The notes below the pieces were generated by a model. The model was not told where the DNA came from and did no database searches. It saw only the letters and a list, made by a program, of their open reading frames with translations. Of a stretch of DNA of 49,917 nucleotides, positions 10,375 through 19,578 are shown piece by piece. Positions within the stretch are counted from its first letter, which is position 1. Each line of letters starts with the position of its first letter. Where the stretch lies: the NCBI GenBank assembly GCA_002010215.1, contig MTMY01000027.1:1-49917 (forward strand). The letters are read 5' to 3'. Source of the DNA: Archaeoglobus sp. JdFR-37. GTDB taxonomy: Archaea > Halobacteriota > Archaeoglobi > Archaeoglobales > Archaeoglobaceae. Position numbers and translations under genes: made by a program.

Positions 10375-11078
10375 AGGTTAGCAGTGTTGAGCTGACCCCT
10401 GAGAAGGCCGTTGTAATCGGCAGCACTGCTATCATCTCCGATTTACATCTGGGAATGGAGAGCGTGCTGCAGGAAAGGGGCTTTGCTCTGCCAAGGGTTC
10501 AGATCAGAGAAGTAATCAAAAGTTTCGAAGAAATCGTTGAGAAGTATGACATCGAAAGGCTGGTGATAGCTGGTGACTTCAAGCACGAATTCAGCAGAAA
10601 CATGCCCTATGAGTGGGAGGATGTTGAGGAATTCCTGTCAAATTTCTCCGAACTTGAAATTTTGGCTGTTAGGGGAAACCACGACAACTTCCTTGCTGCA
10701 ATTCTTGCAAAACGCGGCATAGAGCTGGTAGAGAGCGTTGAAATTGGGGGTTACACCGTTGTCCATGGCCACAAGGAGATTGACAGTATGAAAGCAGGTA
10801 AAATAATCATGGGTCACGAACATCCTGTGGTCAGAGTCAGATACGAGGGTGGCATTTACACTTTCCCCTGTTACTTGCGTTACAGAGATAGGGGGAAAGA
10901 GATAATCGTGCTGCCTGCATTCTCGCCCATCGTTTCAGGTAGCGATGTTCTTTCAATAGACTTCTTCCTCTCACCTCTGCTGCCGGATGTTGAGGATGTG
11001 GAGGTTTACGCCATCGAAGATGACGTTTTTTATCTTGGCAGGGTAAAAGAGTTGAGGAGGGTTGTTGGTGAAATTTAA
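10371..11078 (+). CDS. Lhr-associated metallophosphoesterase (calcineurin-like)
   Basis: DLHLG, GD, GNHD, HGH, GHEHP, LPAF motifs; ATGA overlap with lhr. Confidence 0.88.
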   Translation: MKVSSVELTPEKAVVIGSTAIISDLHLGMESVLQERGFALPRVQIREVIKSFEEIVEKYDIERLVIAGDFKHEFSRNMPYEWEDVEEFLSNFSELEILAVRGNHDNFLAAILAKRGIELVESVEIGGYTVVHGHKEIDSMKAGKIIMGHEHPVVRVRYEGGIYTFPCYLRYRDRGKEIIVLPAFSPIVSGSDVLSIDFFLSPLLPDVEDVEVYAIEDDVFYLGRVKELRRVVGEI

Positions 11079-11388
11079 AGGCGGAAAATGGGAGGACAGA
11101 GGGAATTATAGAGTTATGAAGGTTTTTGACATTGCTACCGACTCTTTCGTCCAGATCGTGGAAATCAGAGGGAAAGTGGGGAAGCACTATCACCTGAATC
11201 AGACAGAAGTTTTTGTTATAATGGATGGAGGAGGAAGGCTGGGGATTGGGGATGAAGAGTGGGATGTTAAGGCAGGAGACATCCTCCTCTGCAGGCCAAA
11301 AAGCATCCACTTCGTTGAGAGCGATTTTGTGAGAATTCTGGTTTTCAAATACGGGTGGAAGCCGGATGACACGGTGTGGCTGGAGTGA
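11062..11388 (+). CDS. Cupin domain protein
   Basis: HYH.QTEVF...G and AGDILL.RP.SIH metal-binding cupin motifs. Confidence 0.8.
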   Translation: MLVKFKGGKWEDRGNYRVMKVFDIATDSFVQIVEIRGKVGKHYHLNQTEVFVIMDGGGRLGIGDEEWDVKAGDILLCRPKSIHFVESDFVRILVFKYGWKPDDTVWLE

Positions 11389-11449
11389 AAGTATTGTTTA
11401 TAATTTCTCGGGCATTAGGGGGAGCAGAGAGAAATCATTAAGGCGAGAT

Positions 11450-11984
11450 GGATTCACTCAAACCCACAAGAATCTTGATCATATTTCATTACCAGCACAA
11501 AACCCCTTCTTCCCCACTTTGAAGTTTCAAAACCACTCCTTTCTCCACTGTCGTCCCGGGAGCACCACCCACTTGGGAATGATCTATTTCATTACTGATT
11601 ATAGGCGTAAGCTTCCAGCATTACGTAGTATTCCTGCGGATAATCGTTTCTGATTGTTCCATTCAGCAAAATGACCGGTTCATCGGGTCTTATGATGGAC
11701 ACGATTTCGTCAGTTTCCTGTCATTCTCCACCTGAAGGGTTGAACAGTAAATCCCTTTCTCCAGCGTGATGGTCTCAGTCGTATAGTTCAGAAGCAGTAT
11801 TCGGGTCTTTTTACTAACATGATATACTCATTCCGCAAAAGATGGGATGCATTCACCGAGAGACGGAGCTACCCGTATCCTAGAGATATTAACTTCTTTG
11901 TCTCTAACCTCTCCAGTTTTTTCAGAGCCGTAAAATATGCAAGTAGGAGAGCAAGTAGCGGGAATACCGTAATTAATGCTTCAT
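11450..11984 (-). pseudogene. Degraded gene for a secreted or surface protein
   Basis: GAGGTGA RBS, ATG 11984, frameshifted signal peptide (LITVFPLLALLLA), then protein-like fragments in several frames; 3' end approximate. Confidence 0.55.
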
Positions 11985-12270
11985 CCTATCACCTCTATCC
12001 GTCAATCGCCATTATAGTACTCCACACGACTCTAACAGGCCAACTTTACCACTTCAAGTGTTCAAGTGCGTAAGCAGTCACAATCAATATCAGTCTTTAT
12101 AATGTCTACTATGTGCCGGAAATTTCAAATTGATGTCTGCTTCCAAGCTGATTTAATATTTTACACTTGATGCAAATTATCTAACAACATTTAAAATAAC
12201 TACTCCGATATTGCACGCCGTTAACACAAGCCCTGAATCATTTTTACTATAACTCCACATAACAATTATT

Positions 12271-15200
12271 ATGGGGGAAATTTCTCTGTTCGATGAGTTG
12301 AGAAGAGAAGTAACAATGATTACCAGTGACGAGATCGAGAGAAAACTGTATTCTCATGACGTTGGTACCCCTCCAAAACCCTTCAGGAGGTTTCTGGGCA
12401 CAGCGGACATCGTCGTGAAACCGCAAAGCGTGGAAGAGCTGAAGAAAGTGCTTGAGATAGCAAAAAAGAGAAGCATTCCTGTGATTCCCAGAGGAAAAGC
12501 CACTTCCGGCTATGGAGGAGTTATACCTGTTAAAGGAGGAATAGTGCTAGACCTTACGGCTCTGAACAGAATAATCGAGATCGATGAGGAGAGAATGATT
12601 GCAGTTGTTGAGCCGGGGGTTGTATGGAAGAGGCTGGACGAAGAGCTGAGAAAAAAGGGTCTAACTTTGCGCCTTTATCCAACAAGCTATCCCTCATCAA
12701 CTGTTGCCGGCTGGCTGGCCCAGGAAGGAGCCGGGATAGGAAGCTTTACCTACGGCTGGTTTTCGGAGAACGTTGAATACGCAAAGATTCTGCTGCTAGA
12801 TGGTGAGATAAGGGAGCTGAGGGGAGAAGAACTGAAACTGGTTAGCGGGGCGTGCGGTACAACCGGAATAATTGTAGAAGTGGGAGTGAAGGTTAGAAAG
12901 CTGCACGAGGAGAAGATTGAGGCCTTCGCTTTTGATGATGCCGGATCCCTCCAGATATTCATTGAGAGGCTTCAAGAGGAGAAGGCAAATGTATGGAGTG
13001 TTTCTTTCGTAAATCCCGACGGAGCTTTTCTCAAAAGCCGGGTTCCGCCAAAAACTCATCACGGGCACCCCATTGAGGAAATTCCAGCACTGCCGGAGAA
13101 ATTCATAGCAATTGTTGCTCATTTTGACTCATCTGAAAGAATTACGGAGATTGCAGAAGGATCTGGGGGAGAGAGACTGGATGATGAGATTGCTGAGCAT
13201 GAATGGGAAGAGCGCTTCAATCCAATGCGGATAAAGAGGCTCGGACCGAGCCTAATTCCAATGGAAGCCGTTATTCCAGCATCAAAGCTGGCGGAGTTCA
13301 TTGATGAGTTCGGCAAAGTTGTAGGAAAGCACATGTACTTGCTTGAAGGATTCGCCGTTAAGGGCGGAGAGATCGTTCTGCTGGGCTTTGTGCCCCATGA
13401 TGAGCGAAGATGGGACTACTCCATGGCTTGGAGTCTTGCGTTGAGATTCAACGAAATTGCCGAGAAGCTTGGAGGCAGGCCTTATTCTACTGGACTCTAC
13501 CTCGCCCATAAGGCTGAGAAGGTGCTTGGCAGGGAGAGAGTTGAAGCGTTGAAGAGATTCAAAGCAGAAGTGGATGCAAGAGGCATACTCAATCCTGGGA
13601 AAGTCGTCGACCCTTCAATAGCAGCCAGACTCATAAGCATTGCCGAGAACTTCAGCTTTGCATCATCTCTGGCGGGGAGCATTGAATATGCGGAAAAGTA
13701 TGAAAATGGGGAGGGTAGAGAGCTTCCGGGCATGGTGGAGTGGTTTGCATACGCATGCGCTCAGTGTGGATACTGCGTGGAGGATTGCACGGAATATGAC
13801 GCAAAGAAATGGGAGAGTACCTCGCCAAGAGGTAAGTTCTACTTCCTGAAGATGGTCATTGAGGGCGAGGCGGAATTCGATCAGGACATGGTGAACAAGT
13901 TCCTGCTCTGCACTACCTGTGAGAAGTGCAACATCAACTGTCAGCTTGCCATTCCTGTTCTTGAAAACTGGGAGCTTATGAGGGATTACCTGATAGGAAA
14001 ACGAAACTTCATGACCTTTCCGCCCTTCGAGATTATGGCAGCAAGCCTGGAGAACAATTTGAATATATGGGCTGGCTACAGAAGGAATAGGGCAGACTGG
14101 CTTTACGGAGATGAAGACCTCTATGAAAGGGTGAAAGACAATCTGAGTAAAAACTCAGATGTAGCTTATTTTGCAGGCTGCACCGCAAGCTTCGTGGAAC
14201 AGGATATAGCCAAAGCTGCCGTAACGCTGCTCAGCGAAGCTGGAATTGAATTTCAGTATCTTGGCACAGATGAGGCTTGCTGCGGAATTCCAATGCTTGT
14301 AGCCGGAAAATGGGACATCTTTGAGAAAATAATGAGGCACAACATAGAGGAAATGAAAAGACGAGGGGTTAAGAAGGTGATAACATCCTGTCCAGCCTGC
14401 TGGCTTGTGTGGCACCACTATTACAAAGAATTCGCCAATAAACTTGGCATCGAATACGACATAGAAGCGGAGCACTACACAGAGGTGCTGGCTGAGAAGA
14501 TAAAGAGCGGAGAGTGTGCAATCCCTGAATTTTCGGAGTCTGATATTACTGTCACCTTCCACGACTCCTGTCACCTTGGCAGAGCTGGCGGCATATACGA
14601 ACCACCAAGGGAGCTAATAAGGGCTGCTGGCGTGAAATTTGTGGAGATGGAGCACAACAGAGAGAATGCTCTTTGTTGCGGAAGTGTTTTGACAAGGATT
14701 GGCGAGCCACGCCCCACTTCAAACTACCTTGGCGGAAAGAGGATTAAGGAGGCAATAGATGCTGGGGCAGATATTATACTGGCTGTTTGCCCGTGCTGCC
14801 AGTTCCAGCTGAGGGTTGCAAGCAAAGAGAATGGCTATAATGTGCCTGTAAAGGATCTGGCAGCCTTCATTAGCGGACTTTGTGGTGTCGAATTTCAGGA
14901 CCCCACAGACTACTGTCTGAGCATGTGGACCACCTTTGATGCCATGATAGCTCTGATGCAGCCCAAAAATATGGCGGAGTTGATGAAGGCCCTGATGCCA
15001 AAGATGATTGAGGCGATGCCGGGGAGCATGAAGGCAATGATGAAGTTTGCCAAGAAAGCTAGGATGTTGAAAGCGATGAAACCGCTAATGCCGAAAATGA
15101 TGCCCATGCTGATGCCGAAGATTATGCCCAAAGTCATGCCAGACATGCTGAAAGAAGTGGAGAAGCGCGTCCCAATGCCGGAGCACATGAAGGATCAGAT

Positions 15201-15309
15201 GCCTGATCTGATGCCGAAGGTAATGGAAAATCTGATGCCGAAAATGCTACCAGATGTTGCTCCACTGGTGGTCGAGGATATGGTGAAGTATATTGAGAGT
15301 ACATTTTAA
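12271..15309 (+). CDS. FAD-binding (GlcD/Dld-like) + 4Fe-4S dicluster + CCG-domain (GlcF/HdrD-like) oxidoreductase fusion with Met/Pro-rich C-terminus
   Basis: PRGKATSGYGG FAD motif, ILNPGK, CAQCGYCVEDC, CTTCEKCNINC, ACCG and LCCG, HDSCHLGR, CPCC. Confidence 0.88.
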   Translation: MGEISLFDELRREVTMITSDEIERKLYSHDVGTPPKPFRRFLGTADIVVKPQSVEELKKVLEIAKKRSIPVIPRGKATSGYGGVIPVKGGIVLDLTALNRIIEIDEERMIAVVEPGVVWKRLDEELRKKGLTLRLYPTSYPSSTVAGWLAQEGAGIGSFTYGWFSENVEYAKILLLDGEIRELRGEELKLVSGACGTTGIIVEVGVKVRKLHEEKIEAFAFDDAGSLQIFIERLQEEKANVWSVSFVNPDGAFLKSRVPPKTHHGHPIEEIPALPEKFIAIVAHFDSSERITEIAEGSGGERLDDEIAEHEWEERFNPMRIKRLGPSLIPMEAVIPASKLAEFIDEFGKVVGKHMYLLEGFAVKGGEIVLLGFVPHDERRWDYSMAWSLALRFNEIAEKLGGRPYSTGLYLAHKAEKVLGRERVEALKRFKAEVDARGILNPGKVVDPSIAARLISIAENFSFASSLAGSIEYAEKYENGEGRELPGMVEWFAYACAQCGYCVEDCTEYDAKKWESTSPRGKFYFLKMVIEGEAEFDQDMVNKFLLCTTCEKCNINCQLAIPVLENWELMRDYLIGKRNFMTFPPFEIMAASLENNLNIWAGYRRNRADWLYGDEDLYERVKDNLSKNSDVAYFAGCTASFVEQDIAKAAVTLLSEAGIEFQYLGTDEACCGIPMLVAGKWDIFEKIMRHNIEEMKRRGVKKVITSCPACWLVWHHYYKEFANKLGIEYDIEAEHYTEVLAEKIKSGECAIPEFSESDITVTFHDSCHLGRAGGIYEPPRELIRAAGVKFVEMEHNRENALCCGSVLTRIGEPRPTSNYLGGKRIKEAIDAGADIILAVCPCCQFQLRVASKENGYNVPVKDLAAFISGLCGVEFQDPTDYCLSMWTTFDAMIALMQPKNMAELMKALMPKMIEAMPGSMKAMMKFAKKARMLKAMKPLMPKMMPMLMPKIMPKVMPDMLKEVEKRVPMPEHMKDQMPDLMPKVMENLMPKMLPDVAPLVVEDMVKYIESTF

Positions 15310-15329
15310 TTTTTTATTTTATTTTTATT
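15310..15329 (+). terminator. Oligo-T terminator
   Basis: TTTTTTATTTTATTTTTATT directly after the stop codon. Confidence 0.6.
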
Positions 15330-15572
15330 GCCATTTTATTGACACATTTATTTAACAAAACAGCGAGGAATCTTTCTTTTATCCTTTTATTTTAATACCA
15401 ATGAAGCTCTGAGAAGGAGGAGGGGCTTAGTGGGCGGGATAAAAAAGATATGGGGGATTTAGGAGCCCCTATGTGACAAAAATTTAACAACATCTTAGGG
15501 TAGCCTATTACTTTCGCTCCACTCTCAAGGTAAATATATTGACGCCTTCACTCAACAAAAGGGGTGATAAAA

Positions 15573-15638
15573 ATGAGCATCTACTGGGAAAGGCTTCTAG
15601 AGAGGGTTAGGGCGATGGAAGAAATCGAAAAAAGATAA
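15573..15638 (+). CDS. Candidate 21-aa small protein MSIYWERLLERVRAMEEIEKR
   Basis: TAAATATA box at 15531-15538, GGGGTGA RBS 5 nt before ATG, helical composition. Confidence 0.55.
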   Translation: MSIYWERLLERVRAMEEIEKR

Positions 15639-15642
15639 TAAA

Positions 15643-15954
15643 TTACATGCCAAGGGATTTCAGAATCACTGAGAACACATCGTTTACAATATGAATATCA
15701 TTCATTTCCAGCACTGTGTTCAGCACCGCCCCGATAATTGCACCCACTATCAGGGACGACAGTATTCTCACCTTTATTATCAGAATCAGTGCTATTACAA
15801 GCAGTATGAGGGTCGATGCAGCACCTATCTGGCTGAGTTGCGCCGCAGTCTCACTCAGTGCCTCATTCATCAGGTTGAACAGGGTTGCAATCCCTGTCAT
15901 GCCAAAAAGGAATCCAATCAGGACGCCAATCACAATGATTGTTGTGTCTCCCAT
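15643..15954 (-). CDS. Small integral membrane protein, unknown function
   Basis: About three hydrophobic Gly-rich helices; fills the intergenic space. Confidence 0.7.
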   Translation of the reverse strand: MGDTTIIVIGVLIGFLFGMTGIATLFNLMNEALSETAAQLSQIGAASTLILLVIALILIIKVRILSSLIVGAIIGAVLNTVLEMNDIHIVNDVFSVILKSLGM

Positions 15955-16032
15955 AATAGAAAGTAATAAAGAAGAAATATAACTCTTTTGTTATCCAAAA
16001 AGCTTAATTAGTTTCCGGCATAAGGATATTCG

Positions 16033-16266
16033 ATGGCTCTGGGCTTTGTGCTGATTAAGGTATCCCCTAGAAAGGAGCGGGAAGTGTACGAAAAGCTGGC
16101 GAAACTCAAGGAAGTTGAGGAACTGTATCCACTCTTTGGCGAGTACGATTTGATTGCTAAAGTGGTAGTTAAAGATTTTGAAGAGCTCAGCGAGGTTGTC
16201 GTAAAGAAAATAAGGTCTGTAGATGGAGTTATAGAAACAAAAACACTTACTGGAGCCAAATTCTAG
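16033..16266 (+). CDS. Stand-alone Lrp/AsnC ligand-binding (RAM) domain protein
   Basis: ALGFVLIKV...LFGEYDLIAKV...IRSVDGVIETKT RAM pattern, no HTH. Confidence 0.85.
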   Translation: MALGFVLIKVSPRKEREVYEKLAKLKEVEELYPLFGEYDLIAKVVVKDFEELSEVVVKKIRSVDGVIETKTLTGAKF

Positions 16267-16267
16267 C

Positions 16268-16927
16268 ATGCTGAGGGGCATTCAGATTATCGCAAAGAAT
16301 CAGATCGGAGTTTTGAGGGATATCACAGCTATCATAGCCAATCATAACGGAAACATCACGTTTGCCCAGACTTTTATAATAAAGCATGGAGAGCATGCTG
16401 GAAATGCTCTGATATATCTGGAAGTTGAAGGTGGAGAATTCGAAAAGATGTTAGAAGAAATCTCCAGCCTTGACACAGTCATCGAAATGCAGGAAGAGAG
16501 GCCTTTTGAACACATCTTCGGCAAAAGAGTCATCGTGCTTGGCGGCGGAGCTCTGGTTTCTCAGGTTGCAATGGGTGCGATAAGCGAAGCCGATCGACAT
16601 AATTTGCGAGGGGAGAGGATAAGTGTTGACACCATGCCCGTTGTGGGAGAGGAGGAGCTGGCAGAAGCGGTGCGAGCCGTTGCGAGACTCCACAGGGCAG
16701 AGGTTCTGGTTCTGGCAGGTGGTCTGATGGGTGGGGGGATAACTGAAGAGGTTAAGAAGCTGAAGAAAGCAGGAATTCCGGTCATATCTCTTAGCATGTT
16801 TGGAAGCGTTCCGAGAGTGGCTGATCTCGTCATTAGCGACCCGGTGATGGCAGGAACCCTAGCGGTTATGCACATCTCCCAGAAAGCAAAATTTGATGTC
16901 GATAGAGTCAGGGGTAAGAAGATTTGA
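16268..16927 (+). CDS. ACT-domain protein (DUF5612-like)
   Basis: N-terminal ACT NQIGVLRDIT..IA...GNI; GGGALVSQVAMGAISEADRHNLRGERISVDT conserved block. Confidence 0.8.
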   Translation: MLRGIQIIAKNQIGVLRDITAIIANHNGNITFAQTFIIKHGEHAGNALIYLEVEGGEFEKMLEEISSLDTVIEMQEERPFEHIFGKRVIVLGGGALVSQVAMGAISEADRHNLRGERISVDTMPVVGEEELAEAVRAVARLHRAEVLVLAGGLMGGGITEEVKKLKKAGIPVISLSMFGSVPRVADLVISDPVMAGTLAVMHISQKAKFDVDRVRGKKI

Positions 16928-18065
16928 AAGATCTGAAAAATGCTCTGGCCATTTTTTTGATTAAAGATGGTTTCGAGGCAATTTTTAAAATGCTGGGGAC
17001 CAGGTTAAGAACTCCTGAAGGTCTATCCATGTGTAATTCGGAAAAATCAATCTCTTTGCCAACCTTCACAAGATAGTTGTAGTCCTCATCGTCTAACAAA
17101 GAGTAGAGCTTCGCTATTTTTATACCTACATCGTATTCCTTTCCCAGCTCCTTTTTATAGGATTTCTGGTACTCTTCCAGATTCGGGAAGTGTTTGCCCA
17201 GCCTTTCAGCAGCAATCAGATGATAGTAAATCCCACCACCAGTATATGGCTTCACCATGCCGGCAGCATCACCAATCAGAGCTATATTCCCCTTAACGAA
17301 GTCTATCAGACCGACTGGAATTGCTCCTGCGTTCAGCTCAGTAATCTTCCTCTTAACCCGTTCGGAGACTGAAGGGTGCTTTGTGATGAGATTTTTTAAG
17401 TAATATTCTGGATTCTGCTTTGAAACAACCCCGATTCTGGCAGTATCACAGTCAACAGGAATTGAGTAAGCAAAAAAACCATCTGAGTAACTCCTGCCGA
17501 AATACAGCTCTACAAATCTCTCATCCAGAGGTTCGAATGCGATTTCCATCTGGACTGCAGAAAAATAGGAGGGGTGCGGAAAGGCTGCAAGTTTTGCAAC
17601 CGTCGAAGCTACTCCGTCTGCCCCTATGAGTACGTCGTAGCTAAGATATTCTGTCTTTACACCTTCAAGCCTGGCTTTTTCGCCATTGAAAGAAACAAGC
17701 TTTGTTTTTACCCTGATTTCAGAGTATTCGGATGCCGCCATGAGAAGCTCTGTGTCCAGCACCTTCCTCTCCACCACCACTGCTCCACTTCTACCAACAG
17801 CTTCCACGTAGTTGCCATCTGGAGAAAAGAAAAAGGCACCCTTGATATTGTTGAGCCTACTCCTGTCAGAGACGAATCTTCGTAGTTTAATGAAGCAGTC
17901 TTCACTTATCAGCCCTCCGCACTGAACCGGGAAACCTGCTGAAGCATGCTCTTCCACTATGGTTATTTCTATGTTCTTCTCTAAGTTCTCTGCACTGCCA
18001 CTTTCCGCAATATTCAGGGCAGCCAAGCTTCCCGCTGGGCCACCACCAGCAATCAGCACCTTCAT
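16908..18065 (-). CDS. Geranylgeranyl reductase-family FAD oxidoreductase
   Basis: GGGPAG, CGG, GADG, IGDAAG.VKPYTGGGI. Confidence 0.87.
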   Translation of the reverse strand: MKVLIAGGGPAGSLAALNIAESGSAENLEKNIEITIVEEHASAGFPVQCGGLISEDCFIKLRRFVSDRSRLNNIKGAFFFSPDGNYVEAVGRSGAVVVERKVLDTELLMAASEYSEIRVKTKLVSFNGEKARLEGVKTEYLSYDVLIGADGVASTVAKLAAFPHPSYFSAVQMEIAFEPLDERFVELYFGRSYSDGFFAYSIPVDCDTARIGVVSKQNPEYYLKNLITKHPSVSERVKRKITELNAGAIPVGLIDFVKGNIALIGDAAGMVKPYTGGGIYYHLIAAERLGKHFPNLEEYQKSYKKELGKEYDVGIKIAKLYSLLDDEDYNYLVKVGKEIDFSELHMDRPSGVLNLVPSILKIASKPSLIKKMARAFFRSFKSSYP

Positions 18066-18066
18066 G

Positions 18067-19455
18067 TCAGATGTCCAAGATGTTAATGTTTCTTTTCACC
18101 GCTTCCTCCTTTGATTCAATATCTGCCAGTATTTGCAGGAATATGAGGGCCGCGGAAGGTGAGCCGCCACCATGCACTGCCCCAACGAAGTGGGAACTGG
18201 TCAGCCAGAACTCAATGAATTTAATTATCTTCAGCCGTTGCTCTGGTGTAAAGGATTTGCTGCCCCTGAGGTACTTCGCAACCAGTTCACCAATTTCCGA
18301 TTTAAGATCGTCTTCTGAGGGTGCTGTAACGGGTATGCCACCGGCAATTTCTGATAAGTTAAGCATAGCTTTGGCCATACCTTCCACACCTATCACTTTT
18401 CCAGCGTTGGCTATGAGAGGATTCGGGAGCCACACTCCATTTGCAGCTTTCCCTTTAAATGCTCCGCCTGCAGCTATTCCGTAGGCAGCTTCGCTGGCAG
18501 CAATCATCTCTCCAAGTTTGTAACGAAGAGCTGGAGCCTTTTCAAGCCCATTGGCCTTCATCATTAGGCTTGCAGCACCCACCATTGAGTCGATGAACCC
18601 AGCCTTGCATGCAGCTCCCACACAGCGATGGGATGAGGCGAAATGGGTCAGAACGTTTCTGATGGCTTTCAAGTCTCTGTAGATAAGCACTCTCTCCCAA
18701 GGAATGAATGTTTCATTAAATACAACCATGCATGTTATTCTGTCGCCGTAAGCGGGGTTTCCTTTCTCCACCTCTCCCTCTTCTCTGAAAAGAGCCTGGT
18801 ATCCTGTGTTCTGGAGCACGTATTTCACATCATCTTCTGCTTCAATTGCAAAGACTATGGCAAAATCCTCCTCCCCTTCCTTGAAGGTCTGGGTTGGAAG
18901 AACAAAGGTTAAATCTGCTGCAAATGCACCACTCTGGTGGATCTTTGCTCCGCTTATATATACTCCATCACTATCTTCTCTGACAACGCGAACGTACATT
19001 TCCTTTTCCTCCACCGGTCTTTTGCTTCTATCTCCTTTCGGATCTGTTAATGCAGCAGTACATGCAAAATCCTTTTTCTGAATTTCTATCAGAATTCTCT
19101 CAAGTTTTTCTTTGCTTTCTCCTTCAAGGGATGCATAAAGGGCGTTTATTGCATCGCTTCCGGTGCAACGGTAATTACATGTAGCAAGGTTCATGCTAAG
19201 CAGCCTCTGGTAGTCGTAACGGAGCATCAGCTCCTCCCTAGAAGTTATAACATGATTGAGGATGTTTACTTCCTCCCCCGAGATGGCAGAATTCACTTTG
19301 AAGCTTTTTTCCAATGCAAGGTCATAGGTATAAGCTATCGCATTCACGACAGGCTGAAGGTTTGGATGAGAAAGGTTACTTTTGCTTCCCCTGACATATA
19401 CTGCCCTATCGTACGATTCCACCCGCTCTCGGTACTCATTACCCGAAATCAGCAT
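18067..19455 (-). CDS. 4-hydroxybutyryl-CoA dehydratase / HpaB-family protein
   Basis: CNYRC and H......C Fe-S ligands, TDPKGDRSK, GAKIHQSG, HGGGSP. Confidence 0.85.
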   Translation of the reverse strand: MLISGNEYRERVESYDRAVYVRGSKSNLSHPNLQPVVNAIAYTYDLALEKSFKVNSAISGEEVNILNHVITSREELMLRYDYQRLLSMNLATCNYRCTGSDAINALYASLEGESKEKLERILIEIQKKDFACTAALTDPKGDRSKRPVEEKEMYVRVVREDSDGVYISGAKIHQSGAFAADLTFVLPTQTFKEGEEDFAIVFAIEAEDDVKYVLQNTGYQALFREEGEVEKGNPAYGDRITCMVVFNETFIPWERVLIYRDLKAIRNVLTHFASSHRCVGAACKAGFIDSMVGAASLMMKANGLEKAPALRYKLGEMIAASEAAYGIAAGGAFKGKAANGVWLPNPLIANAGKVIGVEGMAKAMLNLSEIAGGIPVTAPSEDDLKSEIGELVAKYLRGSKSFTPEQRLKIIKFIEFWLTSSHFVGAVHGGGSPSAALIFLQILADIESKEEAVKRNINILDI

Positions 19456-19578
19456 TTTATCACCGGAGTTGGTCTTAAGCTACCCTTGAAAAATGTTTTG
19501 ATTTTTGCACGAAGAGATTTTCCGCTTTTTCCACTTTTTTCCGCTAAAGTTATATTTTGCATTCATCCACACCTGCAA

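Noticed and set aside
11366..12073. Plus-strand ORFs 11366-11653 and 11819-12073
   Set aside because: Atypical composition and no RBS; better explained as the antisense of the minus-strand pseudogene.
15371..15448. Imperfect inverted repeat TCTTTTATCC/GGATAAAAAAGA around a small hairpin
   Set aside because: Low complexity, no target-site duplication and no second copy, so it cannot be called a MITE or sRNA.
19252..19578. N-terminal extension of ORF 19252-19821
   Set aside because: It overlaps the divergent dehydratase gene and its promoter; the credible protein starts at 19579.
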